A program made the translations under genes and the position numbers. Of a stretch of 64,000 nt of DNA, positions 37,647 to 48,410 are shown in pieces. Location of the stretch: the NCBI RefSeq assembly GCF_003334305.1, contig NZ_QOWS01000004.1; one strand, written 5' to 3'. The notes below the pieces were generated by a model. It was not told the DNA's origin, made no database searches, and worked only from the letters and a program-made list of their open reading frames with translations. This DNA comes from Escherichia coli (GTDB taxonomy: Bacteria; Pseudomonadota; Gammaproteobacteria; Enterobacterales; Enterobacteriaceae). Position 1 is the stretch's first letter. Each line of letters begins with the position of its first letter.

Positions 37647-39725
37647 ATGTCATATACACCGATGAGTGATCTCGGACAGCAAGGGTTGTTCGACATCACT
37701 CGGACACTATTGCAGCAGCCCGATCTGGCCTCGCTGTGTGAGGCTCTTTCGCAACTGGTAAAGCGTTCTGCGCTCGCCGACAACGCGGCTATTGTGTTGT
37801 GGCAAGCGCAGACTCAACGTGCGTCTTATTACGCATCGCGTGAAAAAGACACCCCCATTAAATATGAAGACGAAACTGTTCTGGCACACGGTCCGGTACG
37901 CAGCATTTTGTCGCGCCCTGATACGCTGCATTGCAGTTACGAAGAATTTTGTGAAACCTGGCCGCAGCTGGCCGCAGGTGGGCTATACCCAAAATTTGGT
38001 CACTATTGCCTGATGCCACTGGCGGCGGAAGGGCATATTTTTGGTGGCTGTGAATTTATTCGTTATGACGATCGCCCCTGGAGCGAAAAAGAGTTCAATC
38101 GTCTGCAAACATTTACGCAGATCGTTTCTGTCGTCACCGAACAAATCCAGAGCCGCGTCGTTAACAATGTCGACTATGAGTTGTTATGCCGGGAACGCGA
38201 TAACTTCCGCATCCTGGTCGCCATCACCAACGCGGTGCTTTCCCGCCTGGATATGGACGAACTGGTCAGCGAAGTCGCCAAAGAAATCCATTACTATTTC
38301 GACATTGACGATATCAGTATCGTCTTACGCAGCCACCGTAAAAACAAACTCAACATCTACTCCACTCACTATCTTGATAAACAGCATCCCGCCCACGAAC
38401 AGAGCGAAGTCGATGAAGCCGGAACCCTCACCGAACGCGTGTTCAAAAGTAAAGAGATGCTGCTGATCAATCTCCACGAGCGGGACGATTTAGCCCCCTA
38501 TGAACGCATGTTGTTCGACACCTGGGGCAACCAGATTCAAACCTTGTGCCTGTTACCGCTGATGTCTGGCGACACCATGCTGGGCGTGCTGAAACTGGCG
38601 CAATGCGAAGAGAAAGTGTTTACCACTACCAATCTGAATTTACTGCGCCAGATTGCCGAACGTGTGGCAATCGCTGTCGATAACGCCCTCGCCTATCAGG
38701 AAATCCATCGTCTGAAAGAACGGCTGGTTGATGAAAACCTCGCCCTGACCGAGCAGCTCAACAATGTTGATAGTGAATTTGGCGAGATTATTGGCCGCAG
38801 CGAAGCCATGTACAGCGTGCTTAAACAAGTTGAAATGGTGGCGCAAAGTGACAGTACCGTGCTGATCCTCGGTGAAACTGGCACGGGTAAAGAGCTGATT
38901 GCCCGTGCGATCCATAATCTCAGTGGGCGTAATAATCGCCGCATGGTCAAAATGAACTGCGCGGCGATGCCTGCCGGATTGCTGGAAAGCGATCTGTTTG
39001 GTCATGAGCGTGGGGCTTTTACCGGTGCCAGCGCCCAGCGCATTGGTCGTTTTGAACTGGCGGATAAAAGCTCCCTGTTCCTCGACGAAGTGGGCGATAT
39101 GCCACTGGAGTTACAGCCGAAGTTGCTGCGTGTATTGCAGGAACAGGAGTTTGAACGTCTCGGCAGCAACAAAATCATTCAGACGGACGTGCGTCTAATC
39201 GCCGCGACTAACCGCGATCTGAAAAAAATGGTCGCCGACCGTGAGTTCCGTAGCGATCTCTATTACCGCCTGAACGTATTCCCGATTCACCTGCCGCCAC
39301 TACGCGAGCGTCCGGAAGATATTCCGCTGCTGGCGAAAGCCTTTACCTTCAAAATTGCCCGTCGTCTGGGGCGCAATATCGACAGCATTCCTGCCGAGAC
39401 GCTGCGCACCTTGAGCAACATGGAGTGGCCGGGTAACGTACGCGAACTGGAAAACGTCATTGAGCGCGCGGTATTGCTAACACGCGGTAACGTGCTGCAG
39501 CTGTCATTGCCAGATATTGTTTTACCGGAACCTGAAACGCCGCCTGCCGCAACGGTTGTCGCCCAGGAGGGCGAAGATGAATATCAGTTGATTGTTCGCG
39601 TGCTGAAAGAAACCAACGGCGTGGTTGCCGGGCCTAAAGGCGCTGCGCAACGTCTGGGGCTGAAACGCACGACCCTGCTGTCACGGATGAAGCGGCTGGG
39701 AATTGATAAATCGGCATTGATTTAA
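37647..39725 (+). CDS. fhlA: Formate hydrogenlyase transcriptional activator FhlA (sigma54-dependent)
   Basis: ORF track 37611..39725; start at MSYTPMSDLGQQGLFDITRTLL, 692 aa; GAF domains + AAA+ ([14 protein letters not shown]) + HTH. Confidence 0.93.
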   Translation: MSYTPMSDLGQQGLFDITRTLLQQPDLASLCEALSQLVKRSALADNAAIVLWQAQTQRASYYASREKDTPIKYEDETVLAHGPVRSILSRPDTLHCSYEEFCETWPQLAAGGLYPKFGHYCLMPLAAEGHIFGGCEFIRYDDRPWSEKEFNRLQTFTQIVSVVTEQIQSRVVNNVDYELLCRERDNFRILVAITNAVLSRLDMDELVSEVAKEIHYYFDIDDISIVLRSHRKNKLNIYSTHYLDKQHPAHEQSEVDEAGTLTERVFKSKEMLLINLHERDDLAPYERMLFDTWGNQIQTLCLLPLMSGDTMLGVLKLAQCEEKVFTTTNLNLLRQIAERVAIAVDNALAYQEIHRLKERLVDENLALTEQLNNVDSEFGEIIGRSEAMYSVLKQVEMVAQSDSTVLILGETGTGKELIARAIHNLSGRNNRRMVKMNCAAMPAGLLESDLFGHERGAFTGASAQRIGRFELADKSSLFLDEVGDMPLELQPKLLRVLQEQEFERLGSNKIIQTDVRLIAATNRDLKKMVADREFRSDLYYRLNVFPIHLPPLRERPEDIPLLAKAFTFKIARRLGRNIDSIPAETLRTLSNMEWPGNVRELENVIERAVLLTRGNVLQLSLPDIVLPEPETPPAATVVAQEGEDEYQLIVRVLKETNGVVAGPKGAAQRLGLKRTTLLSRMKRLGIDKSALI

Positions 39726-39734
39726 CTGCAAATT

Positions 39735-39758
39735 GCCGGACAGATCTGCCTGTCCGGC
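39735..39758. terminator. Hairpin between convergent fhlA and ygbA (gccggacag-atctgc-ctgtccggc)
   Basis: Perfect 9-bp inverted repeat in the 36-bp gap between the two stop codons. Confidence 0.6.
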
Positions 39759-39761
39759 ATA

Positions 39762-40115
39762 CTATTCACGAGGTTTTTTCGGACGATATTTTTCCGGCAG
39801 TTCTGGCACCGGACGCTTGTCATCGATGAGATGACGCACGGTTAAGATCGGATGACGCCACAGCATTCTCGGCCCGGCCCAACGCATAATCTGTTTCATC
39901 TCTTCACGCTTTGCAGGCTGGTAACAGTGCACCGGACACTGCTTACAGGCTGGTTTCTCTTCGCCGAACACACATTTATCCAGCCGCTTTTGCGCGTAAA
40001 CAAACAACGCCTCGTAATGCTCCGGCTCCGCTGACGCCTGCGGGCATTTCGCTTGATAAAGATCGATCATTTTTTTAATCGTCAGTTTTTCACGAGAGAT
40101 ACGCTTGCCGGACAT
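39762..40115 (-). CDS. ygbA: Nitrosative-stress-induced protein YgbA
   Basis: ORF track 117 aa MSGKRISREKLTIKKMIDLYQAKCPQASAEPEHYEALF. Confidence 0.9.
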   Translation of the reverse strand: MSGKRISREKLTIKKMIDLYQAKCPQASAEPEHYEALFVYAQKRLDKCVFGEEKPACKQCPVHCYQPAKREEMKQIMRWAGPRMLWRHPILTVRHLIDDKRPVPELPEKYRPKKPRE

Positions 40116-40132
40116 GCTGCCTCCACCTCATT

Positions 40133-40155
40133 AAGATGTATTTATATTACATCTT
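40133..40155. promoter_or_regulatory. NsrR-type operator-like palindrome upstream of ygbA (aagatgtatttatattacatctt)
   Basis: 8-nt perfect inverted arms AAGATGTA / TACATCTT about 18 nt upstream of the ygbA start; ygbA is a known NsrR target. Confidence 0.6.
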
Positions 40156-40401
40156 AATCTTAAAGGGCACTATGACTCTAAAGAAGAAAGGTTCGCCAAC
40201 CGACGCAATTTTGCGTACTTGCTTCATAAGCATCACGCAAAAGCTGCAAAACAGCATCTTTCCCGGAACCAGCATCAAGAACTCACCGTTCGCTTCTTCC
40301 CCTGAAATGATTAACTCCGGTATCATGTGCGCCTTATGTGATTACAACGAAAATAAAAACCATCACACCCCATTTAATATCAGGGAACCGGACATAACCC
40401 C

Positions 40402-42963
40402 ATGAGTGCAATAGAAAATTTCGACGCCCATACGCCCATGATGCAGCAGTATCTCAGGCTGAAAGCCCAGCATCCCGAGATCCTGCTGTTTTACCGGATG
40501 GGTGATTTTTATGAACTGTTTTATGACGACGCAAAACGCGCGTCGCAACTGCTGGATATTTCACTGACCAAACGCGGTGCTTCGGCGGGAGAGCCGATCC
40601 CGATGGCGGGGATTCCCTACCATGCGGTGGAAAACTATCTCGCCAAACTGGTGAATCAGGGAGAGTCCGTTGCCATCTGCGAACAAATTGGCGATCCGGC
40701 GACCAGCAAAGGTCCGGTTGAGCGCAAAGTTGTGCGTATCGTTACGCCAGGCACCATCAGCGATGAAGCCCTGTTACAGGAGCGTCAGGACAACCTGCTG
40801 GCGGCTATCTGGCAGGACAGCAAAGGTTTCGGCTACGCGACGCTGGATATCAGCTCCGGGCGTTTTCGCCTGAGCGAACCGGCCGACCGCGAAACGATGG
40901 CGGCAGAGCTGCAACGCACTAATCCGGCGGAACTGCTGTATGCAGAAGATTTCGCCGAGATGTCGCTGATTGAAGGCCGTCGCGGCCTGCGCCGTCGCCC
41001 GCTGTGGGAGTTTGAAATCGACACCGCGCGCCAGCAGTTGAATCTGCAATTTGGCACCCGCGATCTGGTCGGTTTTGGCGTCGAGAACGCGCCGCGCGGA
41101 CTTTGTGCTGCCGGTTGTCTGTTGCAGTATGCGAAAGATACCCAACGCACGACCCTGCCGCATATTCGTTCTATCACCATGGAACGTGAGCAGGACAGCA
41201 TCATTATGGATGCCGCGACACGTCGTAACCTGGAAATTACTCAGAACCTGGCGGGCGGTGCGGAAAATACGCTGGCTTCTGTGCTCGACTGCACCGTCAC
41301 GCCGATGGGTAGTCGTATGCTGAAACGCTGGCTGCATATGCCAGTGCGCGATACCCGCGTGTTGCTTGAGCGCCAGCAAACTATTGGCGCATTGCAGGAT
41401 TTCACCGCCGAGTTGCAGCCGGTACTGCGTCAGGTCGGCGACCTGGAACGTATTCTGGCACGTCTGGCTTTACGAACTGCTCGCCCACGCGATCTGGCCC
41501 GTATGCGCCACGCTTTCCAGCAACTGCCGGAGCTGCGTGCGCAGTTAGAAACTGTCGATAGTGCACCGGTACAGGCGCTACGTGAGAAGATGGGCGAGTT
41601 TGCCGAGCTGCGCGATCTGCTGGAGCGAGCAATCATCGACACACCGCCGGTGCTGGTACGCGACGGTGGTGTTATCGCATCGGGCTATAACGAAGAGCTG
41701 GATGAGTGGCGCGCGCTGGCTGACGGCGCGACCGATTATCTGGAGCGTCTGGAAGTCCGCGAGCGTGAACGTACCGGCCTGGACACGCTGAAAGTTGGCT
41801 TTAATGCGGTGCACGGCTACTACATTCAAATCAGCCGTGGGCAAAGCCATCTGGCACCCATCAACTACATGCGTCGCCAGACGCTGAAAAACGCCGAGCG
41901 CTACATCATTCCAGAGCTAAAAGAGTACGAAGATAAAGTTCTCACCTCAAAAGGCAAAGCACTGGCACTGGAAAAACAGCTTTATGAAGAGCTGTTCGAC
42001 CTGCTGTTGCCGCATCTGGAAGCGTTGCAACAGAGCGCGAGCGCGCTGGCGGAACTCGACGTGCTGGTTAACCTGGCGGAACGGGCCTATACCCTGAACT
42101 ACACCTGCCCGACCTTCATTGATAAACCGGGCATTCGCATTACCGAAGGTCGCCATCCGGTAGTTGAACAAGTACTGAATGAGCCATTTATCGCTAACCC
42201 GCTGAATCTGTCGCCGCAGCGCCGTATGTTGATTATTACCGGCCCGAACATGGGCGGTAAAAGTACCTATATGCGCCAGACCGCACTGATTGCGCTGATG
42301 GCCTACATCGGCAGCTATGTACCGGCACAAAAAGTCGAGATTGGACCTATCGATCGCATCTTTACCCGCGTAGGCGCGGCAGATGACCTGGCTTCCGGGC
42401 GCTCAACCTTTATGGTGGAGATGACTGAAACCGCCAATATTTTACATAACGCCACCGAATACAGTCTGGTGTTAATGGATGAGATCGGGCGTGGAACGTC
42501 CACCTACGATGGTCTGTCGCTGGCGTGGGCGTGCGCAGAAAATCTGGCGAATAAGATTAAGGCATTGACGCTGTTTGCCACCCACTATTTCGAGCTGACC
42601 CAGCTACCGGAGAAAATGGAAGGCGTCGCCAACGTACATCTCGATGCGCTGGAGCACGGCGACACTATCGCCTTTATGCACAGCGTGCAGGACGGCGCGG
42701 CGAGCAAAAGCTACGGTCTGGCGGTTGCTGCTCTGGCGGGCGTACCGAAAGAGGTTATTAAGCGCGCACGGCAAAAACTGCGTGAGCTGGAAAGCATTTC
42801 GCCGAACGCCGCCGCTACGCAAGTGGATGGTACGCAAATGTCTTTGCTGTCCGTACCAGAAGAAACTTCGCCTGCGGTCGAGGCACTGGAAAACCTGGAC
42901 CCGGATTCACTGACTCCGCGTCAGGCGCTGGAGTGGATTTATCGCTTGAAGAGTCTGGTGTAA
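40402..42963 (+). CDS. mutS: DNA mismatch repair protein MutS
   Basis: ORF track 853 aa [40 protein letters not shown]; Walker [10 protein letters not shown]. Confidence 0.97.
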   Translation: MSAIENFDAHTPMMQQYLRLKAQHPEILLFYRMGDFYELFYDDAKRASQLLDISLTKRGASAGEPIPMAGIPYHAVENYLAKLVNQGESVAICEQIGDPATSKGPVERKVVRIVTPGTISDEALLQERQDNLLAAIWQDSKGFGYATLDISSGRFRLSEPADRETMAAELQRTNPAELLYAEDFAEMSLIEGRRGLRRRPLWEFEIDTARQQLNLQFGTRDLVGFGVENAPRGLCAAGCLLQYAKDTQRTTLPHIRSITMEREQDSIIMDAATRRNLEITQNLAGGAENTLASVLDCTVTPMGSRMLKRWLHMPVRDTRVLLERQQTIGALQDFTAELQPVLRQVGDLERILARLALRTARPRDLARMRHAFQQLPELRAQLETVDSAPVQALREKMGEFAELRDLLERAIIDTPPVLVRDGGVIASGYNEELDEWRALADGATDYLERLEVRERERTGLDTLKVGFNAVHGYYIQISRGQSHLAPINYMRRQTLKNAERYIIPELKEYEDKVLTSKGKALALEKQLYEELFDLLLPHLEALQQSASALAELDVLVNLAERAYTLNYTCPTFIDKPGIRITEGRHPVVEQVLNEPFIANPLNLSPQRRMLIITGPNMGGKSTYMRQTALIALMAYIGSYVPAQKVEIGPIDRIFTRVGAADDLASGRSTFMVEMTETANILHNATEYSLVLMDEIGRGTSTYDGLSLAWACAENLANKIKALTLFATHYFELTQLPEKMEGVANVHLDALEHGDTIAFMHSVQDGAASKSYGLAVAALAGVPKEVIKRARQKLRELESISPNAAATQVDGTQMSLLSVPEETSPAVEALENLDPDSLTPRQALEWIYRLKSLV

Positions 42964-42969
42964 TAAAAA

Positions 42970-42996
42970 TTCCCGATAGTCTTTTGCTATCGGGAA
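42970..42996 (+). terminator. Hairpin downstream of mutS (ttcccgatag-tcttttg-ctatcgggaa)
   Basis: 10-bp perfect inverted repeat starting 7 nt after the mutS stop; weak T-run. Confidence 0.5.
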
Positions 42997-43068
42997 TATT
43001 AACGACAACTGACGAATCAAATAAAAATACCCTGTATAATAGGAAAGCTTATTTTACAGGGTAAAACC

Positions 43069-43725
43069 ATGCCATCTACACGCTATCAAAAAATCAATGC
43101 CCATCACTATCGCCATATATGGGTCGTTGGTGATATTCATGGTGAATATCAGTTATTACAATCCCGCTTACATCAACTCTCTTTTTTCCCCGAAACCGAC
43201 TTACTTATTTCTGTCGGCGATAATATTGATCGTGGGCCGGAGAGTCTTGACGTCCTGCGCCTGCTAAACCAGCCCTGGTTTATCTCCGTTAAAGGCAACC
43301 ACGAAGCAATGGCGCTGGATGCGTTCGCGACCGGCGATGGCAATATGTGGCTTGCCAGCGGTGGTGACTGGTTTTTCGATTTAAATGATTCAGAGCAACA
43401 AGAGGCAATAGATCTGTTGCTGAAATTCCATCACCTTCCACATATTATTGAAATCACTAACGACAACATAAAATATGTCATCGCACATGCAGATTATCCG
43501 GGGAGTGAATATCTCTTTGGTAAAGAAATAGCGGAGAGCGAATTACTCTGGCCTGTTGATCGTGTGCAGAAATCGCTTAATGGCGAGTTACAACAAATAA
43601 ACGGCGCTGATTATTTTATATTTGGACATATGATGTTTGATAACATTCAGACGTTCGCTAACCAGATTTATATTGATACCGGCACGCCGAAAAGCGGGCG
43701 GCTGTCATTTTATAAAATAAAGTAG
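43069..43725 (+). CDS. pphB: Serine/threonine protein phosphatase 2 (PPP family)
   Basis: ORF track 218 aa; metallophosphatase motifs GDIHG, GDNIDRG, GNHE. Confidence 0.93.
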   Translation: MPSTRYQKINAHHYRHIWVVGDIHGEYQLLQSRLHQLSFFPETDLLISVGDNIDRGPESLDVLRLLNQPWFISVKGNHEAMALDAFATGDGNMWLASGGDWFFDLNDSEQQEAIDLLLKFHHLPHIIEITNDNIKYVIAHADYPGSEYLFGKEIAESELLWPVDRVQKSLNGELQQINGADYFIFGHMMFDNIQTFANQIYIDTGTPKSGRLSFYKIK

Positions 43726-43726
43726 T

Positions 43727-43752
43727 CTCATGCTTCTTCTGTGAAGCATGAG
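43727..43752. terminator. Hairpin between convergent pphB and ygbI (ctcatgcttc-ttctgt-gaagcatgag)
   Basis: 10-bp perfect inverted repeat directly after the pphB stop. Confidence 0.5.
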
Positions 43753-43775
43753 TAACCAAATGTTATTGCAGGCCA

Positions 43776-44573
43776 TTATTCATTTTTCGCAACCAGCAAA
43801 GAGAGATCCTGCTTCGCCAGCGCGCGACTGGCACTCTCCGGCAAACCGTCGTCTGTGATAATCTGATCAAACTCGCTTAATGGTAACGCCAGCCATGTCG
43901 CCACCTGACCATATTTCGTCGCATCACAGACCAAAACTCGCTGGCGGCTGGCACTGGCAATCGCCCGTTTCACCGTGACTTTATCTTCCGCTGGCGTAGA
44001 AATCCCCCGCACACTCCATGACGATGCAGAAATAAAAGCCTGATCAATCATCAGGCTGCGCAGCATGGTCGCAGCGGCTTCCCCGACACAGGAACGGTTT
44101 TCCCGACACACTGCACCGCCAGTGTGAATAATTGTGCAATTACTGTTGTCGAGCAAGTAGTTCGCAATAACGAAATCGTTTGTGACCACAGTCAGTGACT
44201 CCATGTGAATCAGATGCTGTGCTATCGCTAACGTGGTCGTTCCCGCATCCAGATAGATACAACTTCCCGGCTGAACAAGACTTGCCGCCAGCTTGCCAAT
44301 AGCCGCTTTTTGCGTCATTGCCAGCGCAGTTTTTACCTGATGAGAAGGTTCATGCGCCACGCGTCCCGGAGACTGGACGCCTCCGGACACCAGCACAACG
44401 GCTCCCTGCTGCTCCAGTTTTTGTAAATCCCGACGAATGGTCATATGTGACACATTCATTCTGTCCGTTAGTTCAGCAATACTGACAATGCCTTTTTCAG
44501 CTACCATCTCAAGGATGATTTGGCGACGCTCTACGGGTATCAACTTTTGCTCCTTCCTTTGTCCTGCTGACAT
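43776..44573 (-). CDS. ygbI: DeoR-family transcriptional regulator
   Basis: ORF track 265 aa; HTH IVSIAELTDRMNVSHMTIRRDLQKLE; the true start may be a few codons internal. Confidence 0.88.
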   Translation of the reverse strand: MSAGQRKEQKLIPVERRQIILEMVAEKGIVSIAELTDRMNVSHMTIRRDLQKLEQQGAVVLVSGGVQSPGRVAHEPSHQVKTALAMTQKAAIGKLAASLVQPGSCIYLDAGTTTLAIAQHLIHMESLTVVTNDFVIANYLLDNSNCTIIHTGGAVCRENRSCVGEAAATMLRSLMIDQAFISASSWSVRGISTPAEDKVTVKRAIASASRQRVLVCDATKYGQVATWLALPLSEFDQIITDDGLPESASRALAKQDLSLLVAKNE

Positions 44574-44738
44574 TCTACGCTATTTGCCTGCGAAACGTGC
44601 GCGGCGCAACTAACGCTTAGTTCACATAAAATAACACACAATGTTAATTTATGTGAATCAGCTCACCATATCGTTATCTTCCAGCGCTTATATTCACAAT
44701 ATCAAACAAAATATCACTTAAATTAACAAGGAGAGCAG

Positions 44739-45647
44739 ATGAAAACGGGATCTGAGTTTCATGTCGGTATCGTTGGCTTAGGGTCAATGGGAATGGGAGC
44801 AGCACTGTCATGTGTCCGCGCAGGTCTTTCTACCTGGGGCGCAGACCTGAACAGCAATGCCTGCGCTACGTTGAAAGAGGCAGGTGCTTGCGGGGTTTCT
44901 GATAACGCCGCGACGTTTGCCGAAAAACTGGACGCTCTGCTGGTGCTGGTGGTCAATGCGGCCCAGGTTAAACAGGTGCTGTTTGGTGAAACAGGCGTTG
45001 CACAACATCTGAAACCCGGTACGGCAGTAATGGTTTCTTCCACTATCGCTAGTGCTGATGCGCAAGAAATTGCTACCGCTCTGGCTGGATTCGATCTGGA
45101 AATGCTGGATGCGCCAGTTTCTGGTGGTGCAGTAAAAGCCGCTAACGGTGAAATGACTGTCATGGCCTCCGGTAGCGATATTGCCTTTGAACGACTGGCA
45201 CCCGTGCTGGAAGCCGTTGCCGGAAAAGTTTATCGCATAGGTGCAGAACCGGGACTAGGTTCGACCGTAAAAATTATTCACCAGTTGTTAGCGGGCGTAC
45301 ATATTGCTGCCGGAGCCGAAGCGATGGCACTTGCAGCCCGTGCGGGGATCCCGCTGGATGTGATGTATGACGTCGTGACCAATGCCGCCGGAAATTCCTG
45401 GATGTTCGAAAACCGGATGCGTCATGTGGTGGATGGCGATTACACCCCGCATTCAGCCGTCGATATTTTTGTTAAGGATCTTGGTCTGGTTGCCGATACA
45501 GCCAAAGCCCTGCACTTCCCGCTGCCATTGGCCTCAACAGCATTGAATATGTTCACCAGCGCCAGTAACGCAGGTTACGGGAAAGAAGACGATAGCGCAG
45601 TTATCAAGATTTTCTCTGGCATCACTCTACCGGGAGCGAAATCATGA
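44739..45647 (+). CDS. ygbJ: L-threonate dehydrogenase (3-hydroxyisobutyrate dehydrogenase family)
   Basis: ORF track 302 aa; Rossmann motif VGIVGLGSMGMGAA. Confidence 0.9.
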   Translation: MKTGSEFHVGIVGLGSMGMGAALSCVRAGLSTWGADLNSNACATLKEAGACGVSDNAATFAEKLDALLVLVVNAAQVKQVLFGETGVAQHLKPGTAVMVSSTIASADAQEIATALAGFDLEMLDAPVSGGAVKAANGEMTVMASGSDIAFERLAPVLEAVAGKVYRIGAEPGLGSTVKIIHQLLAGVHIAAGAEAMALAARAGIPLDVMYDVVTNAAGNSWMFENRMRHVVDGDYTPHSAVDIFVKDLGLVADTAKALHFPLPLASTALNMFTSASNAGYGKEDDSAVIKIFSGITLPGAKS

Positions 45648-46906
45648 TCAAGATTGGCGTTATCGCCGATGATTTTACCGGCGCGACGGATATCGCCAGT
45701 TTTCTGGTGGAAAACGGTCTACCAACGGTACAAATTAACGGTGTTCCAACAGGTAAAATGCCGGAAGCAATCGACGCACTGGTGATCAGCCTGAAAACGC
45801 GCTCCTGTCCGGTGGTTGAAGCCACACAGCAATCGCTGGCGGCTCTGAGCTGGTTGCAACAGCAAGGTTGCAAACAGATCTATTTCAAATACTGCTCTAC
45901 TTTCGACAGTACGGCGAAAGGTAATATCGGCCCGGTTACCGATGCATTAATGGATGCTCTCGACACGCCGTTTACGGTCTTCTCTCCGGCCCTGCCGGTC
46001 AACGGACGTACGGTTTATCAGGGGTATTTGTTCGTAATGAATCAACTGCTGGCCGAATCCGGGATGCGCCATCACCCGGTAAATCCCATGACCGACAGCT
46101 ATCTTCCCCGTCTGGTTGAAGCGCAATCCACAGGGCGCTGCGGCGTCGTTTCGGCACATGTTTTCGAACAAGGTGTGGATGCCGTTCGTCAAGAGCTGGC
46201 TCGCTTACAGCAAGAGGGCTACCGCTACGCGGTGCTTGATGCGCTGACCGAACACCATCTGGAAATTCAGGGAGAAGCCTTGCGCGATGCCCCACTGGTA
46301 ACGGGTGGTTCTGGTCTGGCGATTGGCCTGGCCCGGCAGTGGGCGCAAGAAAACGGTAACCAGGCTCGCGAAGCAGGGCGTCCGCTCGCTGGGCGCGGCG
46401 TAGTGCTCTCCGGTTCATGCTCTCAAATGACCAACCGCCAGGTGGCACATTACCGTCAAATTGCACCAGCCCGTGAAGTTGATGTGGCACGCTGCCTCTC
46501 AACCGAAACTCTGGCCGCTTATGCACACGAACTGGCAGAGTGGGTTCTGGGCCAGGAAAGTGTACTTGCTCCACTGGTTTTTGCCACCGCCAGCACTGAC
46601 GCATTGGCAGCAATTCAACAGCAATACGGTGCACAAAAAGCCAGTCAGGCAGTAGAAACTCTATTTTCTAAACTAGCGGCGCGGTTAGCAGCGGAAGGCG
46701 TGACACGCTTTATTGTCGCAGGCGGTGAGACCTCCGGCGTAGTCACACAGAGCCTGGGCATAAAAGGGTTTCATATTGGCCCAACCATTTCTCCCGGCGT
46801 GCCGTGGGTAAACGCACTGGATAAGCCTGTCTCACTCGCCCTTAAATCTGGCAACTTCGGTGATGAAGCCTTTTTTTCACGAGCCCAAAGAGAGTTTTTA
46901 TCATGA
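45644..46906 (+). CDS. ygbK: 3-oxo-tetronate kinase (DUF1537 four-carbon acid sugar kinase family)
   Basis: ORF track 420 aa MIKIGVIADDFTGATDIASFL; overlaps ygbJ stop. Confidence 0.88.
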   Translation: MIKIGVIADDFTGATDIASFLVENGLPTVQINGVPTGKMPEAIDALVISLKTRSCPVVEATQQSLAALSWLQQQGCKQIYFKYCSTFDSTAKGNIGPVTDALMDALDTPFTVFSPALPVNGRTVYQGYLFVMNQLLAESGMRHHPVNPMTDSYLPRLVEAQSTGRCGVVSAHVFEQGVDAVRQELARLQQEGYRYAVLDALTEHHLEIQGEALRDAPLVTGGSGLAIGLARQWAQENGNQAREAGRPLAGRGVVLSGSCSQMTNRQVAHYRQIAPAREVDVARCLSTETLAAYAHELAEWVLGQESVLAPLVFATASTDALAAIQQQYGAQKASQAVETLFSKLAARLAAEGVTRFIVAGGETSGVVTQSLGIKGFHIGPTISPGVPWVNALDKPVSLALKSGNFGDEAFFSRAQREFLS

Positions 46907-47541
46907 GCGATTTCGCAAAAGTAGAGCAGTCTTTGCGAGAGGAGATGACGCGGATTGCCAGTTCATTCTTTCAGCGCGGCTATGCAACCGGTTCGGCTGG
47001 CAATCTGTCGCTGCTTTTACCTGACGGGAATTTACTGGCGACACCGACAGGTTCATGCCTGGGCAATCTCGATCCGCAGCGGCTTTCCAAAGTCGCCGCG
47101 GATGGCGAATGGTTAAGTGGTGACAAACCCTCAAAAGAGGTGCTCTTTCATCTGGCGCTGTATCGCAACAATCCGCGCTGTAAAGCGGTGGTGCATTTGC
47201 ACAGCACATGGTCGACGGCGCTTTCCTGCCTGCAAGGGCTGGACAGCAGCAACGTTATTCGTCCGTTCACACCATACGTGGTGATGCGGATGGGAAATGT
47301 CCCGCTGGTGCCTTATTACCGACCGGGCGATAAACGCATCGCACAGGATCTGGCGGAACTGGCAGCAGACAATCAGGCTTTTTTACTGGCAAATCATGGC
47401 CCAGTGGTTTGCGGTGAAAGCCTGCAAGAAGCCGCCAACAATATGGAAGAGCTGGAGGAAACGGCAAAGCTGATTTTTATTCTCGGTGACCGCCCGATCC
47501 GTTATCTGACCGCAGGTGAAATTGCGGAATTAAGGAGTTAA
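46903..47541 (+). CDS. ygbL: Class II aldolase/adducin-family 3-oxo-tetronate 4-phosphate decarboxylase
   Basis: ORF track 212 aa; overlaps ygbK stop. Confidence 0.88.
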   Translation: MSDFAKVEQSLREEMTRIASSFFQRGYATGSAGNLSLLLPDGNLLATPTGSCLGNLDPQRLSKVAADGEWLSGDKPSKEVLFHLALYRNNPRCKAVVHLHSTWSTALSCLQGLDSSNVIRPFTPYVVMRMGNVPLVPYYRPGDKRIAQDLAELAADNQAFLLANHGPVVCGESLQEAANNMEELEETAKLIFILGDRPIRYLTAGEIAELRS

Positions 47542-47545
47542 TGCA

Positions 47546-48322
47546 ATGCCTCGTTTTGCAGCTAATTTATCCATGATGTTCACCGAAGTGCCTTTTATTG
47601 AACGCTTCGCCGCAGCGCGAAAAGCCGGGTTCGATGCTGTGGAATTTCTGTTTCCCTATGACTACTCCACCCTGCAAATCCAAAAGCAACTGGAGCAAAA
47701 CCATCTGACACTGGCGCTGTTCAATACCGCTCCCGGAGATATTAATGCGGGGGAATGGGGATTATCCGCCCTTCCCGGACGTGAGCACGAAGCACACGCA
47801 GACATCGACCTGGCACTGGAATATGCATTGGCGCTCAATTGTGAACAAGTCCATGTGATGGCAGGCGTCGTGCCCGCTGGCGAAGACGCTGAACGGTACC
47901 GGGCAGTATTTATCGATAATCTCCGCTACGCTGCCGACCGCTTTGCGCTACACGGCAAGCGAATATTAGTTGAAGCACTCAGCCCCGACGTTAAGCCTCA
48001 TTATCTCTTCTCCAGCCAGTATCAGGCACTGGCTATTGTTGAAGAGGTTGCGCGAGATAACGTGTTTATTCAACTAGATACTTTTCATGCGCAAAAAGTA
48101 GATGGCAACCTGACGCATTTAATCCGCGACTACGCTGGGAAATATGCGCACGTACAAATTGCCGGACTACCTGATCGACATGAACCGGACGATGGAGAAA
48201 TCAACTATCCGTGGCTGTTCCGCCTGTTCGATGAGGTGGGATATCAGGGCTGGATCGGTTGTGAATATAAACCTCGTGGCCTCACCGAAGAAGGGCTTGG
48301 CTGGTTTGACGCCTGGCGCTAA
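47546..48322 (+). CDS. ygbM: 2-oxo-tetronate isomerase (hydroxypyruvate isomerase-like TIM barrel)
   Basis: ORF track 258 aa [34 protein letters not shown]. Confidence 0.88.
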   Translation: MPRFAANLSMMFTEVPFIERFAAARKAGFDAVEFLFPYDYSTLQIQKQLEQNHLTLALFNTAPGDINAGEWGLSALPGREHEAHADIDLALEYALALNCEQVHVMAGVVPAGEDAERYRAVFIDNLRYAADRFALHGKRILVEALSPDVKPHYLFSSQYQALAIVEEVARDNVFIQLDTFHAQKVDGNLTHLIRDYAGKYAHVQIAGLPDRHEPDDGEINYPWLFRLFDEVGYQGWIGCEYKPRGLTEEGLGWFDAWR

Positions 48323-48410
48323 TTCGTTAAATCCCTAATTACAACGTACCCATACATCCCCCCATCTACGGATGGGGTAGGTTAACTATAACTTTCAGAC
48401 AGGGTTTCCC

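Noticed and set aside
25882-39725. hyc/hyp/fhlA cluster considered as a candidate novel multi-gene system
   Set aside because: Gene content, order and promoter architecture match the well-characterised formate hydrogenlyase and hydrogenase maturation locus.
40136-40405. 89-aa ORF in the ygbA/mutS divergent region
   Set aside because: Overlaps the NsrR-type operator and the mutS promoter/5' UTR and ends inside the mutS start; no RBS; judged spurious.
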